Of a DNA stretch of 47,862 bases, positions 1 to 9,305 are shown in pieces (positions within the stretch are counted from its first letter, which is position 1; each line of letters begins with the position of its first letter). The stretch comes from Candidatus Woesebacteria bacterium. Its GTDB lineage: Bacteria > Patescibacteriota > Microgenomatia > UBA1400 > UBA12028. Where the stretch lies: contig JBDTWD010000002.1 in NCBI GenBank assembly GCA_040006915.1, positions 108,613-156,474 of the forward strand. Reading direction: 5' to 3'. A program made the translations under genes and the position numbers. The notes under the pieces were generated by a model, which saw nothing but the letters and a program-made list of their open reading frames with translations, was not told where the DNA came from and did not search any database.

Positions 1-2146
1 AGAACAAATTTTGTTTGATGATAGTAAAGGTGCTTCGTGATAAGAGGATAGCACTGAGTAATTTTTCCAAATTCCCTTTCAGTAACGTAATATCTGCAGC
101 CTCTATCGCAACATCTGTTCCTGTTCCCATTGCAATGCCAACATCAGCTACTGCTAAAGCTGGCGCGTCATTGATTCCATCTCCTACCATAGCGACTATT
201 CTGCCTTGCTGTTGCAGCTGTTTGACCTTCTCTGCTTTTTCACCAGGCAATACTTGTGCAAACACGATATCAATTTCTAGTTGTTTCGCGATGGCGTCCG
301 CTACATCTTGATGGTCGCCAGTGAGCATGGCAACTTTAATGTTGAGAGCGTGCAGTTTTTGGATGACTTGTTTTGATTCGGGTTTGACCACATCAGCGAT
401 AGCGATTAATCCTAGCAGGTCTTTATTCTGCGCCACATACATCACTGTTTTCCCTGACTTTGATAATGTGTCAAAGTCATCATGCAAACCGATCTCAATA
501 TAATTATCTTGCAGCATTTTTTCATTTCCTATCATTGATCGTTGTCCAGTGATGCTTCCCACTATTCCTTTCCCTTCGACATTTTCAAAATTACTGACTT
601 CATTTGTCTTTATTGATTTTTCCTGTGCATGCAGAATGATTGCTTGTCCTAACGGATGCGTTGAGTTGTGTTCCAAGCTTGATGCTATTGTGAGAATTTG
701 CTGCTCAGATACTCCTTGAGCTGGGATGACATCAGTGACGCGAGGCTCTCCTTTTGTGAGCGTTCCTGTTTTATCAAAAACGATGGTGTTCACTTTTTGA
801 AGTATTTCTAAGCTTCCTGCATCTTTGATCAAGATTCCCCTACTTGCTCCTTTCCCTGTGGCGACAATTATCGCTGTCGGAGTAGCTAGTCCCAAGGCAC
901 AAGGACACGCAATGACGAGTACGCCAATGGCACTGACGAGCGCCATTGAGAAGTTGCCTGCGATCATCCAAATGATTAAAACAGCAAGTGCAATGAGCAA
1001 AACAATCGGCACAAAAACAGCTGATACGTTGTCCGCTAAATCTTCAATTGGTGCTTTTGAGCCTTGGGCTCGTTCGACCATCGCGATGATTTGAGAGAGT
1101 ACGGTATCAGCACCGATTTTAGTTGCCTTCACGTGCAACAGACCTTGTTTATTGATTGTCGATCCGATAACCTCATCATCGATATTTTTTTCGACAGGGA
1201 TGCTCTCTCCGGTAAGCATCGACTCGTCGACAGTAGAGCTTCCTTTGACAATAATCCCATCAACTGCCACTTTATCTCCTGGTCTGACCACGAACACATC
1301 ACCGACAAGCACTTGATCTATAGGGACTTGAATTTCTTGTCCATCACGAATCACGGCCGCAGTTTTCGCTTGAAGCCCTAACAATTTTTCAATTGCCTCT
1401 CCAGTTTGGAGTTTACTTTTTGTCTCCAAGTATTTACCAAATAAAATAAATCCGATGATCACAATTGCAACATCAAAGTATGTATGAACTGGGATCGATA
1501 ATGACATCGCCAGGCTTGGGAATAGCGTGACAAATGCACTGTAGAAGAAGGCGGACAGTGTTCCGATTCCAACCAACGTGTCCATATTGGCAACTCTGTA
1601 TTTGATAAAACGAATCACACCTTGGATAAAGATCCTGCCACTAGGGCCAAACAAGATTGGTATTGTAATTACAAGCAAGATTAAATTAAAAATTGGCATG
1701 GGAATTGGATTTTCTGGAACCAAAGGCGAAAGTGAGCGAGCAATATCCCAAAACGTGATGGCAAACATAAGCAAGGAGATGGGTAAGACGAATTGTATAA
1801 GTCGTTTTTGGTGAGCTAATTCCTGTAGTTTTTTTTCTTTGCTCTGCCCAATGCCCATATGTTCACTGTGATCCATTCCGGACATGACACTTCCATCCGG
1901 CATTACGTGTTTCGACTTTCCTATTTCAGAAATTTCCTGGTCCAATGAATATCCTAGTTTCCCTATTTCCTCATTCATTTGTACTACACTGACATGATGG
2001 GGATCATAGGTCACAGTTGCTTTCTCGGTGCCAATATTGATCTGAATATTTTTTATTCCTGAGAGCTTTTTTATTTTTCGTGTAATGATATTTGCGCACG
2101 ATGCACAATGCATGCCGCTGACTGGAAGTATTTCTGTTTTTGTCAT
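1..2146 (-). CDS. copA: Heavy-metal (Cu+-type) translocating P1B-ATPase; 3' end runs off the window (absent from the ORF track)
   Basis: Hand translation from ATG 2146: MTKTEILPVSGMHCASCA (HMA CxxC), His/Met linker KHVMPDGSVMSGMDHSEHMG, VDESMLTGES, IACPCALGLATP, FDKTGTLT, MVGDGINDAP. ATGA overlap with the upstream ArsR gene. Confidence 0.93.
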   Translation of the reverse strand, partial: MTKTEILPVSGMHCASCANIITRKIKKLSGIKNIQINIGTEKATVTYDPHHVSVVQMNEEIGKLGYSLDQEISEIGKSKHVMPDGSVMSGMDHSEHMGIGQSKEKKLQELAHQKRLIQFVLPISLLMFAITFWDIARSLSPLVPENPIPMPIFNLILLVITIPILFGPSGRIFIQGVIRFIKYRVANMDTLVGIGTLSAFFYSAFVTLFPSLAMSLSIPVHTYFDVAIVIIGFILFGKYLETKSKLQTGEAIEKLLGLQAKTAAVIRDGQEIQVPIDQVLVGDVFVVRPGDKVAVDGIIVKGSSTVDESMLTGESIPVEKNIDDEVIGSTINKQGLLHVKATKIGADTVLSQIIAMVERAQGSKAPIEDLADNVSAVFVPIVLLIALAVLIIWMIAGNFSMALVSAIGVLVIACPCALGLATPTAIIVATGKGASRGILIKDAGSLEILQKVNTIVFDKTGTLTKGEPRVTDVIPAQGVSEQQILTIASSLEHNSTHPLGQAIILHAQEKSIKTNEVSNFENVEGKGIVGSITGQRSMIGNEKMLQDNYIEIGLHDDFDTLSKSGKTVMYVAQNKDLLGLIAIADVVKPESKQVIQKLHALNIKVAMLTGDHQDVADAIAKQLEIDIVFAQVLPGEKAEKVKQLQQQGRIVAMVGDGINDAPALAVADVGIAMGTGTDVAIEAADITLLKGNLEKLLSAILLSRSTFTIIKQNLF

Positions 2147-2652
2147 AGCTTCCTCTCCATTGTAGTGGCGATGATCGGAAATGATGTACCAGATTGTGCA
2201 GAGAAGTTTCTCTTGAATTTTTTTTCACATCCATGTGCACAAAAGTAATAGTTTTTACCCTGATGTGAGAGATGAGCCACTGCTGTGTGCGCAGTCACTT
2301 CCATTCCGCAGATAGGATCTGTATATACTTGCAACTTTGAGAGATCTTCTTCAATCGTCAGCCCGGCTCGCTCAATCAAAGCTCTCCTGGCTGCTTCCTC
2401 AATTCTAGCGATATGTTTACTCTGCAAAGAGTAAATTCGCTGTTGATGTTGATTGGTACTTTTGACTACCCCTACTTTACGCAACACCATCAAATGTTGG
2501 GAGATATTTGATTGTGATATCCCCATCATCTCAGTCAGCGCAGAGACAGATTGCGGTCCCGTAGATAACAAATGGATAATTTCTAGACGCTTAGGATTAG
2601 CAAGACTCGCAATAATTTTCGCTTGCATGCGATACAAACTCTTTATATTCAT
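2143..2652 (-). CDS. ArsR/SmtB-family repressor fused to a C-terminal YHS/TRASH metal-binding domain
   Basis: N-terminal LANPKRLEII...SQSNISQHLMVLR wHTH; C-terminal DPICGMEV...YYFCAHGCEKKF. Confidence 0.88.
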   Translation of the reverse strand: MNIKSLYRMQAKIIASLANPKRLEIIHLLSTGPQSVSALTEMMGISQSNISQHLMVLRKVGVVKSTNQHQQRIYSLQSKHIARIEEAARRALIERAGLTIEEDLSKLQVYTDPICGMEVTAHTAVAHLSHQGKNYYFCAHGCEKKFKRNFSAQSGTSFPIIATTMERKL

Positions 2653-2666
2653 ACTATTGAATATAA
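2643..2666. promoter_or_regulatory. Inverted repeat (probable ArsR operator) over the extended -10 and start codon of the ArsR-YHS gene
   Basis: TTATATTCA-N6-TGAATATAA. The minus strand reads TG-T-TATATT-N7-ATG. Confidence 0.6.
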
Positions 2667-2729
2667 CACTCCTGATTAGGATAGCAACGTGAAGTTTGTA
2701 CTGAAGGGAAACGGGAAAAAAAGATTTTG

Positions 2730-2802
2730 CAGGGCTACCTGGACTCGAACCAGGACGGAGGGTTTTGGAGACCCTAATGCTAACCAGTTACATCATAGCC
2801 CT
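2730..2802 (-). tRNA. trnW: tRNA-Trp(CCA)
   Basis: AGGGCTA/TAGCCCT acceptor stem, anticodon loop CTCCAAA, T-loop GGTTCGAGTCC; CCA not encoded. Confidence 0.95.
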
Positions 2803-2806
2803 ATGA

Positions 2807-3460
2807 TCAAATCATAGTATGCAGCGTAGTATAAAGCCAAGTAAGCTCTTTCGCAATTTTTACGTCATAGTAGTAAATAGTAATACATCCCATATATCCC
2901 TCTTTTTTTGATAGGCCTGCATTCAGCTTTCGATATGATCTATTAAATTGAGATAAAGGAATCCCAGTTATTTTTGACCAGTATTCTTTTACTTTTTCGT
3001 CGTCATGATAGTGATGGATATGCACATTAACTTTAAACTTGGAATCATTAATTTCGAAGCCTTTTCTCAGCAGAGTTAGGAATGTATGAATCATTAATGG
3101 GTCTGAGTTAATAAAACGCATTGAAGAACTTTTCTTCGCTCCTTGAGCCCAATATAATAATGCACAGAAAATTTTTATAGAAGATATATCGACAGACAAG
3201 CTCTTGAGGCTTAAATTGGCCTTCACCTTAATGAGTTCATTTTCTTTATCTCTTCTTTTTTTTAAAGTAAGCCTGCCTAACCTCCTCCCTTCAATCGTAT
3301 TGTTCATTAATTTTCGTTTTGCGTCATCCGATAATATAATATTTCGTACCCAGTAATACACTGTCCCTCTCGGCACAGCATAGAGTTTTGCTAACTCTAC
3401 TGCGCTCGTTCCTTGTAGACGTTTTTCCTCTATTTCTTTCCGCTTTTTTAAATCATGCAT
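2807..3460 (-). CDS. HTH + single-motif LAGLIDADG-like protein, immediately upstream of tRNA-Trp
   Basis: N-terminal HTH (AVELAKLYAVPRGTVYYWV); CALLYWAQG, RFINSDP..I..F, YWSKITGIP..QF. Homologous to 6033..6635. Confidence 0.65.
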   Translation of the reverse strand: MHDLKKRKEIEEKRLQGTSAVELAKLYAVPRGTVYYWVRNIILSDDAKRKLMNNTIEGRRLGRLTLKKRRDKENELIKVKANLSLKSLSVDISSIKIFCALLYWAQGAKKSSSMRFINSDPLMIHTFLTLLRKGFEINDSKFKVNVHIHHYHDDEKVKEYWSKITGIPLSQFNRSYRKLNAGLSKKEGYMGCITIYYYDVKIAKELTWLYTTLHTMI

Positions 3461-3528
3461 AAGTCTTATGTAACACTTTATGTATATTCATAATAATCAA
3501 AATAGTTTTCTCGTGCAATACTTACTAC

Positions 3529-4839
3529 ATGGACATTTTTGAAAATAATTCGCTGCTTTTAAAAGACAAAAAAAACTTGGAACAGACTCCTATCCCCGTG
3601 GTCACTGTAGCTGCTAGCTTTCGAGATGAACTCGCCCGCTATCATGGTGTCAAAGAATATTTCGGTGACGTTGAAGATGAAGTACTGTTCTCTCGTGCGC
3701 ATTACAGCATGGCACTCGCTGCTCTCGTTTGCGCTTGGGGAGGAATTAAACCTGATCCTAAAAAAGCCTGGGGAGTAGATCCTACCAATTATGTGACCAG
3801 ACAAGATTGGGGAAAACTCGAATTTACTGAAGAAGTGGGACAACTTATGGCGCGAAACAGTTTCTTAAAATGGGTCAAGGACCTTATCGATACTAAAGTC
3901 CGCCAAAAGTTACCGATTACAGGAGCGATCGCCACTCCCCTCCTTATGCTGTTTGAACGAGTTCATCGTCCTATCCTCTCCTTTCATTACGAGACTGGGA
4001 ATCTCTTGATTGGTGCCGGAAAACAAGTCGTGCAAGTGGTGACAGACCCACACGTACGACCCCAGTATCTAGAACATGCGGAACGACCAACCATTCGCTA
4101 CTGTGTCTTTGACGAAAAAACCAGAACCGATATGTTAGAGCTTGCAGAAGTAATGGGCAAAGATTTGGATCCTAAACGTGTGGTTGTGACTGGGCCACCG
4201 GTTGATCCTCGAATTGTGGCGGCCAGAAAAAAGAAATCACCGACTGCATATACAAAAAGGCCAGTAAGGCTGGTTATTACAACCGGGGGATTAGGAACCA
4301 ATAAAAAAGAAATAGAAACTTGTTTTCGTTCTCTTGCTCCCCTGCTTCGTCACGCAAAGATTCAGCTGATTGTATACGTCGGAGTCCATGAGGACATTCG
4401 TGAGATGATTCATCAAATCGCCAAACAGGAAGGAATTCCTACTGCTGAAAAACATCACGTCGAAGCTCCTTTGCGCATCTTTCATTCACCTCACATCGTG
4501 CAAGCCAATGAAATGCTCATACAATATGCCTTTCCTTGGGCAGATGGCTTCATCACCAAACCAAGTGGAGATATGGCATATGATGCCGCAGCAGCAGGTT
4601 GTTTTCTGTTGACCTTAGAACCTTGGGGAGAGTGGGAACACAATATCAGAGATATTTTTGAACAACGGGGAATATCCAGACGTGCAATTCCGGAGAAATT
4701 ACAGGAACAACTGGATAGCTTATTGACCGCTCATGGATCTCCAGCTTGGGCAGAAACCGCAATCGGTAACGCTTTGGCTTTGCCAAAACTATTCACAGAA
4801 GGAATTCAAAATATTTTGGATCAGATGCCTACAAGCTAA
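3529..4839 (+). CDS. GT-B glycosyltransferase (MurG/UgtP-like C-terminal domain)
   Basis: VVTDP, VTGPPVDP, ITTGGLG and DGFITKPSG motifs, typical of the UgtP/MGDG-synthase fold. Confidence 0.65.
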   Translation: MDIFENNSLLLKDKKNLEQTPIPVVTVAASFRDELARYHGVKEYFGDVEDEVLFSRAHYSMALAALVCAWGGIKPDPKKAWGVDPTNYVTRQDWGKLEFTEEVGQLMARNSFLKWVKDLIDTKVRQKLPITGAIATPLLMLFERVHRPILSFHYETGNLLIGAGKQVVQVVTDPHVRPQYLEHAERPTIRYCVFDEKTRTDMLELAEVMGKDLDPKRVVVTGPPVDPRIVAARKKKSPTAYTKRPVRLVITTGGLGTNKKEIETCFRSLAPLLRHAKIQLIVYVGVHEDIREMIHQIAKQEGIPTAEKHHVEAPLRIFHSPHIVQANEMLIQYAFPWADGFITKPSGDMAYDAAAAGCFLLTLEPWGEWEHNIRDIFEQRGISRRAIPEKLQEQLDSLLTAHGSPAWAETAIGNALALPKLFTEGIQNILDQMPTS

Positions 4840-4847
4840 TCTTCTTT

Positions 4848-5579
4848 TCACAATTTTCTTTCAATGGCACCCACAATTGCACAATGATCACTCACCCCAT
4901 CAATGACACGAACATCATTTACTGTGATGGACTTGTCTGTAAAGAAACCATCAACCATATACTGCAGACCTTTAACTCTATGTAAATTTTGATCAATAGA
5001 AGTTGTTATATCTTTAGGGACATTGTCCGTAAAATGAGTTGCAAGTGTATCAAAGATTTCTTTTCCACGCGGAGCATTAAAATCTCCACAGAGAACATCT
5101 GGTTCTACATCTTGAAGAGATTCAAGCAAGTTCTTCAAATCACCACGCTGGAGAGCAGTAACGCTGCCATTAGGAGACCAGGTAAAGTGGGTAGTGGCTA
5201 TTCTAAAGGTTTCTCCATCTTTCTGTACATCTACCCACAACAATCCTCTTCTTTCCCCTCCTGGTGATGAGTCATGAATTGACGTATCAACAGGCTGACT
5301 TTCATAGTAGCAAGATCCTGATTGAACAACCGGAAGTTTAGAGAAAACGACAACCCCCTCGATCCCCTTTTTGGCTTTGCGATACGGATTATCGGCTGTC
5401 ACGTTGCTTAATGGCAAAAAAACATACTCCATATGGAGCTGTTCTTGAAGATGAGGAAGATCTACTTTATAGACTTCCTGCATGCAAATCACATCAGGGT
5501 TTTCTTTTTGAACAAACGGAAAAATTGTATCGTAGTGATTATCACCTTCGATATTGAGAGTCAGAAGTTTGAGCGCCAT
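4848..5579 (-). CDS. Endonuclease/exonuclease/phosphatase (EEP) family protein
   Basis: TLNI, PDVICMQEV, TTH, LCGDFN and SDH motifs. Confidence 0.9.
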   Translation of the reverse strand: MALKLLTLNIEGDNHYDTIFPFVQKENPDVICMQEVYKVDLPHLQEQLHMEYVFLPLSNVTADNPYRKAKKGIEGVVVFSKLPVVQSGSCYYESQPVDTSIHDSSPGGERRGLLWVDVQKDGETFRIATTHFTWSPNGSVTALQRGDLKNLLESLQDVEPDVLCGDFNAPRGKEIFDTLATHFTDNVPKDITTSIDQNLHRVKGLQYMVDGFFTDKSITVNDVRVIDGVSDHCAIVGAIERKL

Positions 5580-5591
5580 AACGACAACTCA

Positions 5592-5783
5592 TTATTTTAA
5601 CTTCTCTACCTCTTTGTGCAACACATGTTTACGCAGGATGTTATCATACTTCATTAGCTCGAGTTTCCCCTTGCCTTTTTCCTGTTGGTTTCTTTTGTTG
5701 CGTGTCGTGTAGTGAGTAATGTGACCACTCTCAGTGCTTTTTAATGCAACTGTTCCGCGTGGTCCCTTTTTTGCTTTAGCCAT
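5592..5783 (-). CDS. rpmG: 50S ribosomal protein L33 (Cys-free form)
   Basis: LKSTESGH..YTTRNKRN...KLELMKYD..LRKHVLHKE. Confidence 0.95.
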   Translation of the reverse strand: MAKAKKGPRGTVALKSTESGHITHYTTRNKRNQQEKGKGKLELMKYDNILRKHVLHKEVEKLK

Positions 5784-5844
5784 AAAAATCCTTCTGTACT
5801 GTAATTCTCAAGAGAATGTATTGTATCACACCTCTAGAGAAGTG

Positions 5845-5917
5845 AGCCACCTCAGGGACTCGAACCCTGGACCACCTGTTTACAAAACAGGTGCTCTACC
5901 AGCTGAGCTAAGGTGGC
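5845..5917 (-). tRNA. trnT: tRNA-Thr(TGT)
   Basis: GCCACCT/AGGTGGC acceptor, anticodon loop TTTGTAA, GGTTCGAGTCC. Confidence 0.95.
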
Positions 5918-6032
5918 AAGTACGAACCAGTATTCTACCAGAGAAAGTCACAACCAAAAAGGGAGAAATCGTTTGACAGCAAATCTAGAAACACATATTC
6001 TATATCTATTATAAGTAGCACTCTACCAAACA

Positions 6033-6635
6033 ATGAGTGAGGATTTCTCAAGCACTATACGGGATCTTTATAACTCTGGTTTATCTCTCGGAGGAATCAG
6101 CTTAAAACTCGGCTGTTCTCCCCATAAGGTAGTCTACTGGATGAGGAAACTTGATATCCCTCGAAGAAAACCGAGCGAAGCTCTTTATCTTAAATACAAT
6201 CCAAATGGAGATCCTTTTTTGATAAAAAAGATAACCACTACGGAAGATGCAAAACTCTTCGGTTTAGGGGTTGGCATATACTGGGGAGAGGGAGACAAAC
6301 GTTCAATCCATGCAACTAGAGTAGCAAATAGTGATCCAGAGTTAATTTTAACCTTTATTCACTTTTTAACAGCGCTTTGTGGAGTAAAAAAGGACAAAAT
6401 AAAGTGCAATATTGTTTGCTTTAATGATAGCAATATCCCAGATGTCGGAAGGTATTGGTCACAACTTCTCCAGATTCCAAAAGAGAAATTTGGTAAAATA
6501 GTACAAATCCCACCGCAGGGAAAAGGAAAATACCGCCGAAAATCTCAGTACGGTGTTTGCACAGCTAGCGTATATAATACAAAGTTCAAGCAGTGGATAA
6601 TGCAAGAAATCAGTGGTTTCTATTCGCCCAGATAG
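6033..6635 (+). CDS. HTH + single-motif LAGLIDADG-like protein whose stop codon lies inside tRNA-Thr(GGT)
   Basis: HTH (SLGGISLKLGCSPHKVVYWM); GVGIYWGEG, RVANSDPELILTF, YWSQLLQIP..KF. TTGACA-N17-TATTCT promoter at 5973..6001. Confidence 0.7.
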   Translation: MSEDFSSTIRDLYNSGLSLGGISLKLGCSPHKVVYWMRKLDIPRRKPSEALYLKYNPNGDPFLIKKITTTEDAKLFGLGVGIYWGEGDKRSIHATRVANSDPELILTFIHFLTALCGVKKDKIKCNIVCFNDSNIPDVGRYWSQLLQIPKEKFGKIVQIPPQGKGKYRRKSQYGVCTASVYNTKFKQWIMQEISGFYSPR

Positions 6636-6696
6636 TTCAGTGGCAGAACGTTTCCTTGGTAAGGAAATAACGGGAGTCCGATTCTCCCTCTGGGCT
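6626..6696 (+). tRNA. trnT: tRNA-Thr(GGT)
   Basis: GCCCAGA/TCTGGGC acceptor, anticodon arm TTTCC-TTGGTAA-GGAAA, T-arm GGGAG-TCCGATT-CTCCC. Confidence 0.9.
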
Positions 6697-6721
6697 CATC
6701 AAAGTATATACTGTATTTATT

Positions 6722-6804
6722 GCTGAGTTACTCAAGCGGTCAACGAGGGCAGACTGTAAATCTGCTGGCTTTAGCCTACGAAGGTTCGAATCCTTCACTC
6801 AGCA
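6722..6804 (+). tRNA. trnY: tRNA-Tyr(GTA)
   Basis: GCTGAGT/ACTCAGC acceptor, GCAGA-CTGTAAA-TCTGC, long variable arm, GGTTCGAATCC. Confidence 0.95.
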
Positions 6805-7026
6805 CAAACACCTCCGTCTCTCTTCAATATGAAAATGGCTCCCGTGAAGCTGAAGGGAAAAAGAACGTTTCCCCGCAAACAATCAGGTGGGTGCGCTGCC
6901 ATCATCAAAAAAGAATCCGGACTCCGCGCTCCCTGCGAAAGAAACTATCCGAGGAAAAATGGTTCCTTTTCCTTTTATTCATGCTCACGAGAGCCGGCCT
7001 TAGAATACGAAAAACCTCCTGAAAAA

Positions 7027-8274
7027 TCAAGACGAAATGACAACAACGACTTCAGCTTGGGGTAGTTTCACTTTACGTTTGACGATGAAAAATAAAGCGA
7101 CGGAATAGATTACCAATACTGCTCCCCAAATCCCAAACACTGCTTGCTCTCCGAACTGATCATTTAACACTCCATTGAGGATTGGCCCGATGATATAGGC
7201 AAAGCTTCCCGACATTGCCGTTAACCCGATTAAATCGTTCCCTGTGGCTCCAGACCTCGCAATAAAGTCTTCAAAGACGGCTGAGAGCGCTGGCTGTAAT
7301 AGACATAACCCGATAGAGGCAATAAACGTGAGCATCAAAATCATACCAACAGAACTCGTAATACTGACAGCCACCAGCCCTAAGCCGGCTAAAATTCCGG
7401 CAGAATAAGCTAAACGCTTTTTCCCAAAGGGTTTGGCAAGTGACATCACCAAAAATCCAGCCACAAGTCCGGGAATGCTATACATACTGACAAAGCTCCC
7501 ACCCCATATGTTTTGGGCTTTTAAGTGCTCGGCAAACAGTGGACCAACGGAAAAGAAAGCTGATTCAATAATGTAAAATAGAATATTAAGTACAAGGAGC
7601 GGCCAAATTACTCGTCCATATTTCTTCCAAACAGCAAGCTCGGTGCCAAAAGAACGAGAAACCACTTGCTCAGCATGATGTTCATGATGTTTTTTCCCTG
7701 AAGTCACCCAAACATACAAACCTGCGATCACGAGACCGAAAGCGTAAATACCAATTGCGACTCGCAGTGGCAAAATGTCTTCGACGGCAATCAGAGTTGT
7801 GGCAAGAAGCGGTCCGATAATCCAGGCAATGTTGCGCAAAATTGAAGCCGTTCCCCACGCCCATCCATGATCAGCTGCAGCAACACGTTCGTGGATGGCA
7901 TGAAAGTTCGCAAACACCATACCTTCAAAATATATCCCCCACATCACCATGCCAAATAGCGCTGCTGGGATGGAATGGAACACCAACAAGGAGAGAGGGA
8001 AAAAGAAAACCAGGGAAAATAAGATTGTGAGAAAAAATCCGGATTTCTTCTGAGGAAAATATTTGGCAAACAAAAAATCACAGATGATTCCAGCGGTTGA
8101 TGAAGTGGCAAGAATCAGACCCATCTCCGTTGAACTACCAGTAATTTTCTCTAAATAGATGGGAGAAATGTATCCCATTGCGGCATCAGCCATGTCGACA
8201 ATAGCAATCACTACCACAAAAAAAAGATAGAGAGTGCGGGTGTTATGAAAAGAGTTATCAGATCGCCACAACAT
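7027..8274 (-). CDS. MFS transporter
   Basis: 415 aa with about 12 hydrophobic segments in a 6+6 arrangement; central His-rich loop; IIGPLL/IIGPILNG repeats. Confidence 0.85.
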   Translation of the reverse strand: MLWRSDNSFHNTRTLYLFFVVVIAIVDMADAAMGYISPIYLEKITGSSTEMGLILATSSTAGIICDFLFAKYFPQKKSGFFLTILFSLVFFFPLSLLVFHSIPAALFGMVMWGIYFEGMVFANFHAIHERVAAADHGWAWGTASILRNIAWIIGPLLATTLIAVEDILPLRVAIGIYAFGLVIAGLYVWVTSGKKHHEHHAEQVVSRSFGTELAVWKKYGRVIWPLLVLNILFYIIESAFFSVGPLFAEHLKAQNIWGGSFVSMYSIPGLVAGFLVMSLAKPFGKKRLAYSAGILAGLGLVAVSITSSVGMILMLTFIASIGLCLLQPALSAVFEDFIARSGATGNDLIGLTAMSGSFAYIIGPILNGVLNDQFGEQAVFGIWGAVLVIYSVALFFIVKRKVKLPQAEVVVVISS

Positions 8275-8308
8275 GGATTCTCAGTGTGACGGATAGACAA
8301 ATCATTTG

Positions 8309-9178
8309 TCAAGAAAGGGCTGTTTTGACTTTGTCTGCGTATTTCTCATTCTCCAAGACAAATTTCAAGTGGGCCAAGAAATAGTTCTCGGGATCTCCCG
8401 TCGTCATCCATTCACCTTGAGTTTTACCCACCACAATACGTTGGGTTTTGGCAACATGAGTAATTGCATCAACGGTCCATAATTCTCCATCTTTACCCAA
8501 ACTTGTAGGGTTTAAGAATTCAAAGATAGTCGGTTTTAACAAATATCGACCGTAGGAAGCCAAGAGTGAAGGAGTTTCTTCTTTCTTTGGTTTCTCAATA
8601 ATATTATCTAATTCATTTTCAGTCCCGGCTTTCATGGAAATGATGCCGTATTTATCGACTACATTTGGGTCGACTGGTTGAGACATAATGATTCCCGCCA
8701 CACTTGGGTCACTGTCATACATATCAACCATTACTTTGGCATCTCCGACTGCGCCAAAGACAACGTCGTCAGAATACAAAACCAAGAACGCTTCTTCGGC
8801 TTCAACAAAAGCCTGAGCCGAAGCCACTGGTGATCCGTTTCCATAGGGAAAGGAAGGATCTTGAATGATCACAGAGATTTTCGGGAAATCCAAAACGTGT
8901 TGTACAGGCTCGTAGCGATCCTCTTTCCCTTGGCTTGCCAGAAGTTTTCGAATACGATTTACTCCATTATTAAAGTAATCTTCATAAATCGGTTTTCCTT
9001 CAGGAGTAGCGACAATGATGATCTCTTCAATTCCTGCATTGACGCACTCTTCAACTACAAACTGCATCACCGGACGATTACCAAATGGAAGCATTCCTTT
9101 CGGCACCGTCTTGGTCAACGGGAGGTAACGACTGGCAAATCCTGCGTCAGTGATAATAGCTTTTTTTACTTTGCTCAT
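8309..9178 (-). CDS. galU: UTP--glucose-1-phosphate uridylyltransferase-like sugar nucleotidyltransferase
   Basis: KKAIITDAGFASRYLPLTKTVPKGMLP, YGII, IEKP, GRYLL, GELWTVDAI. Confidence 0.8.
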   Translation of the reverse strand: MSKVKKAIITDAGFASRYLPLTKTVPKGMLPFGNRPVMQFVVEECVNAGIEEIIIVATPEGKPIYEDYFNNGVNRIRKLLASQGKEDRYEPVQHVLDFPKISVIIQDPSFPYGNGSPVASAQAFVEAEEAFLVLYSDDVVFGAVGDAKVMVDMYDSDPSVAGIIMSQPVDPNVVDKYGIISMKAGTENELDNIIEKPKKEETPSLLASYGRYLLKPTIFEFLNPTSLGKDGELWTVDAITHVAKTQRIVVGKTQGEWMTTGDPENYFLAHLKFVLENEKYADKVKTALS

Positions 9179-9305
9179 AACGATGCTCCTTTACATACGG
9201 GAGAGAGAAATTTATTATACCCCATTACTAATTCCACTTGCATTATCACTCTCATTCTTGCTACTGTTGATGAGTAGGATACTATATGTCTTGTACGTAA
9301 CTGTT

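Noticed and set aside
15-1814. Plus-strand ORFs at the window start
   Set aside because: Antisense shadows of the copA reading frame.
2730-2802. Alternative genetic code (UGA recoding as in Gracilibacteria/Absconditabacteria)
   Set aside because: Conserved genes are full length in code 11, and TGA serves as stop in ATGA overlaps.
6720-7022. ORFs overlapping tRNAs (also 5734..5976 and 19158..19430)
   Set aside because: Translations of tRNA sequence.
6829-7065. 78-aa basic ORF after tRNA-Tyr
   Set aside because: No RBS or motif, overlaps the MFS 3' end; cannot be supported, though not excluded.
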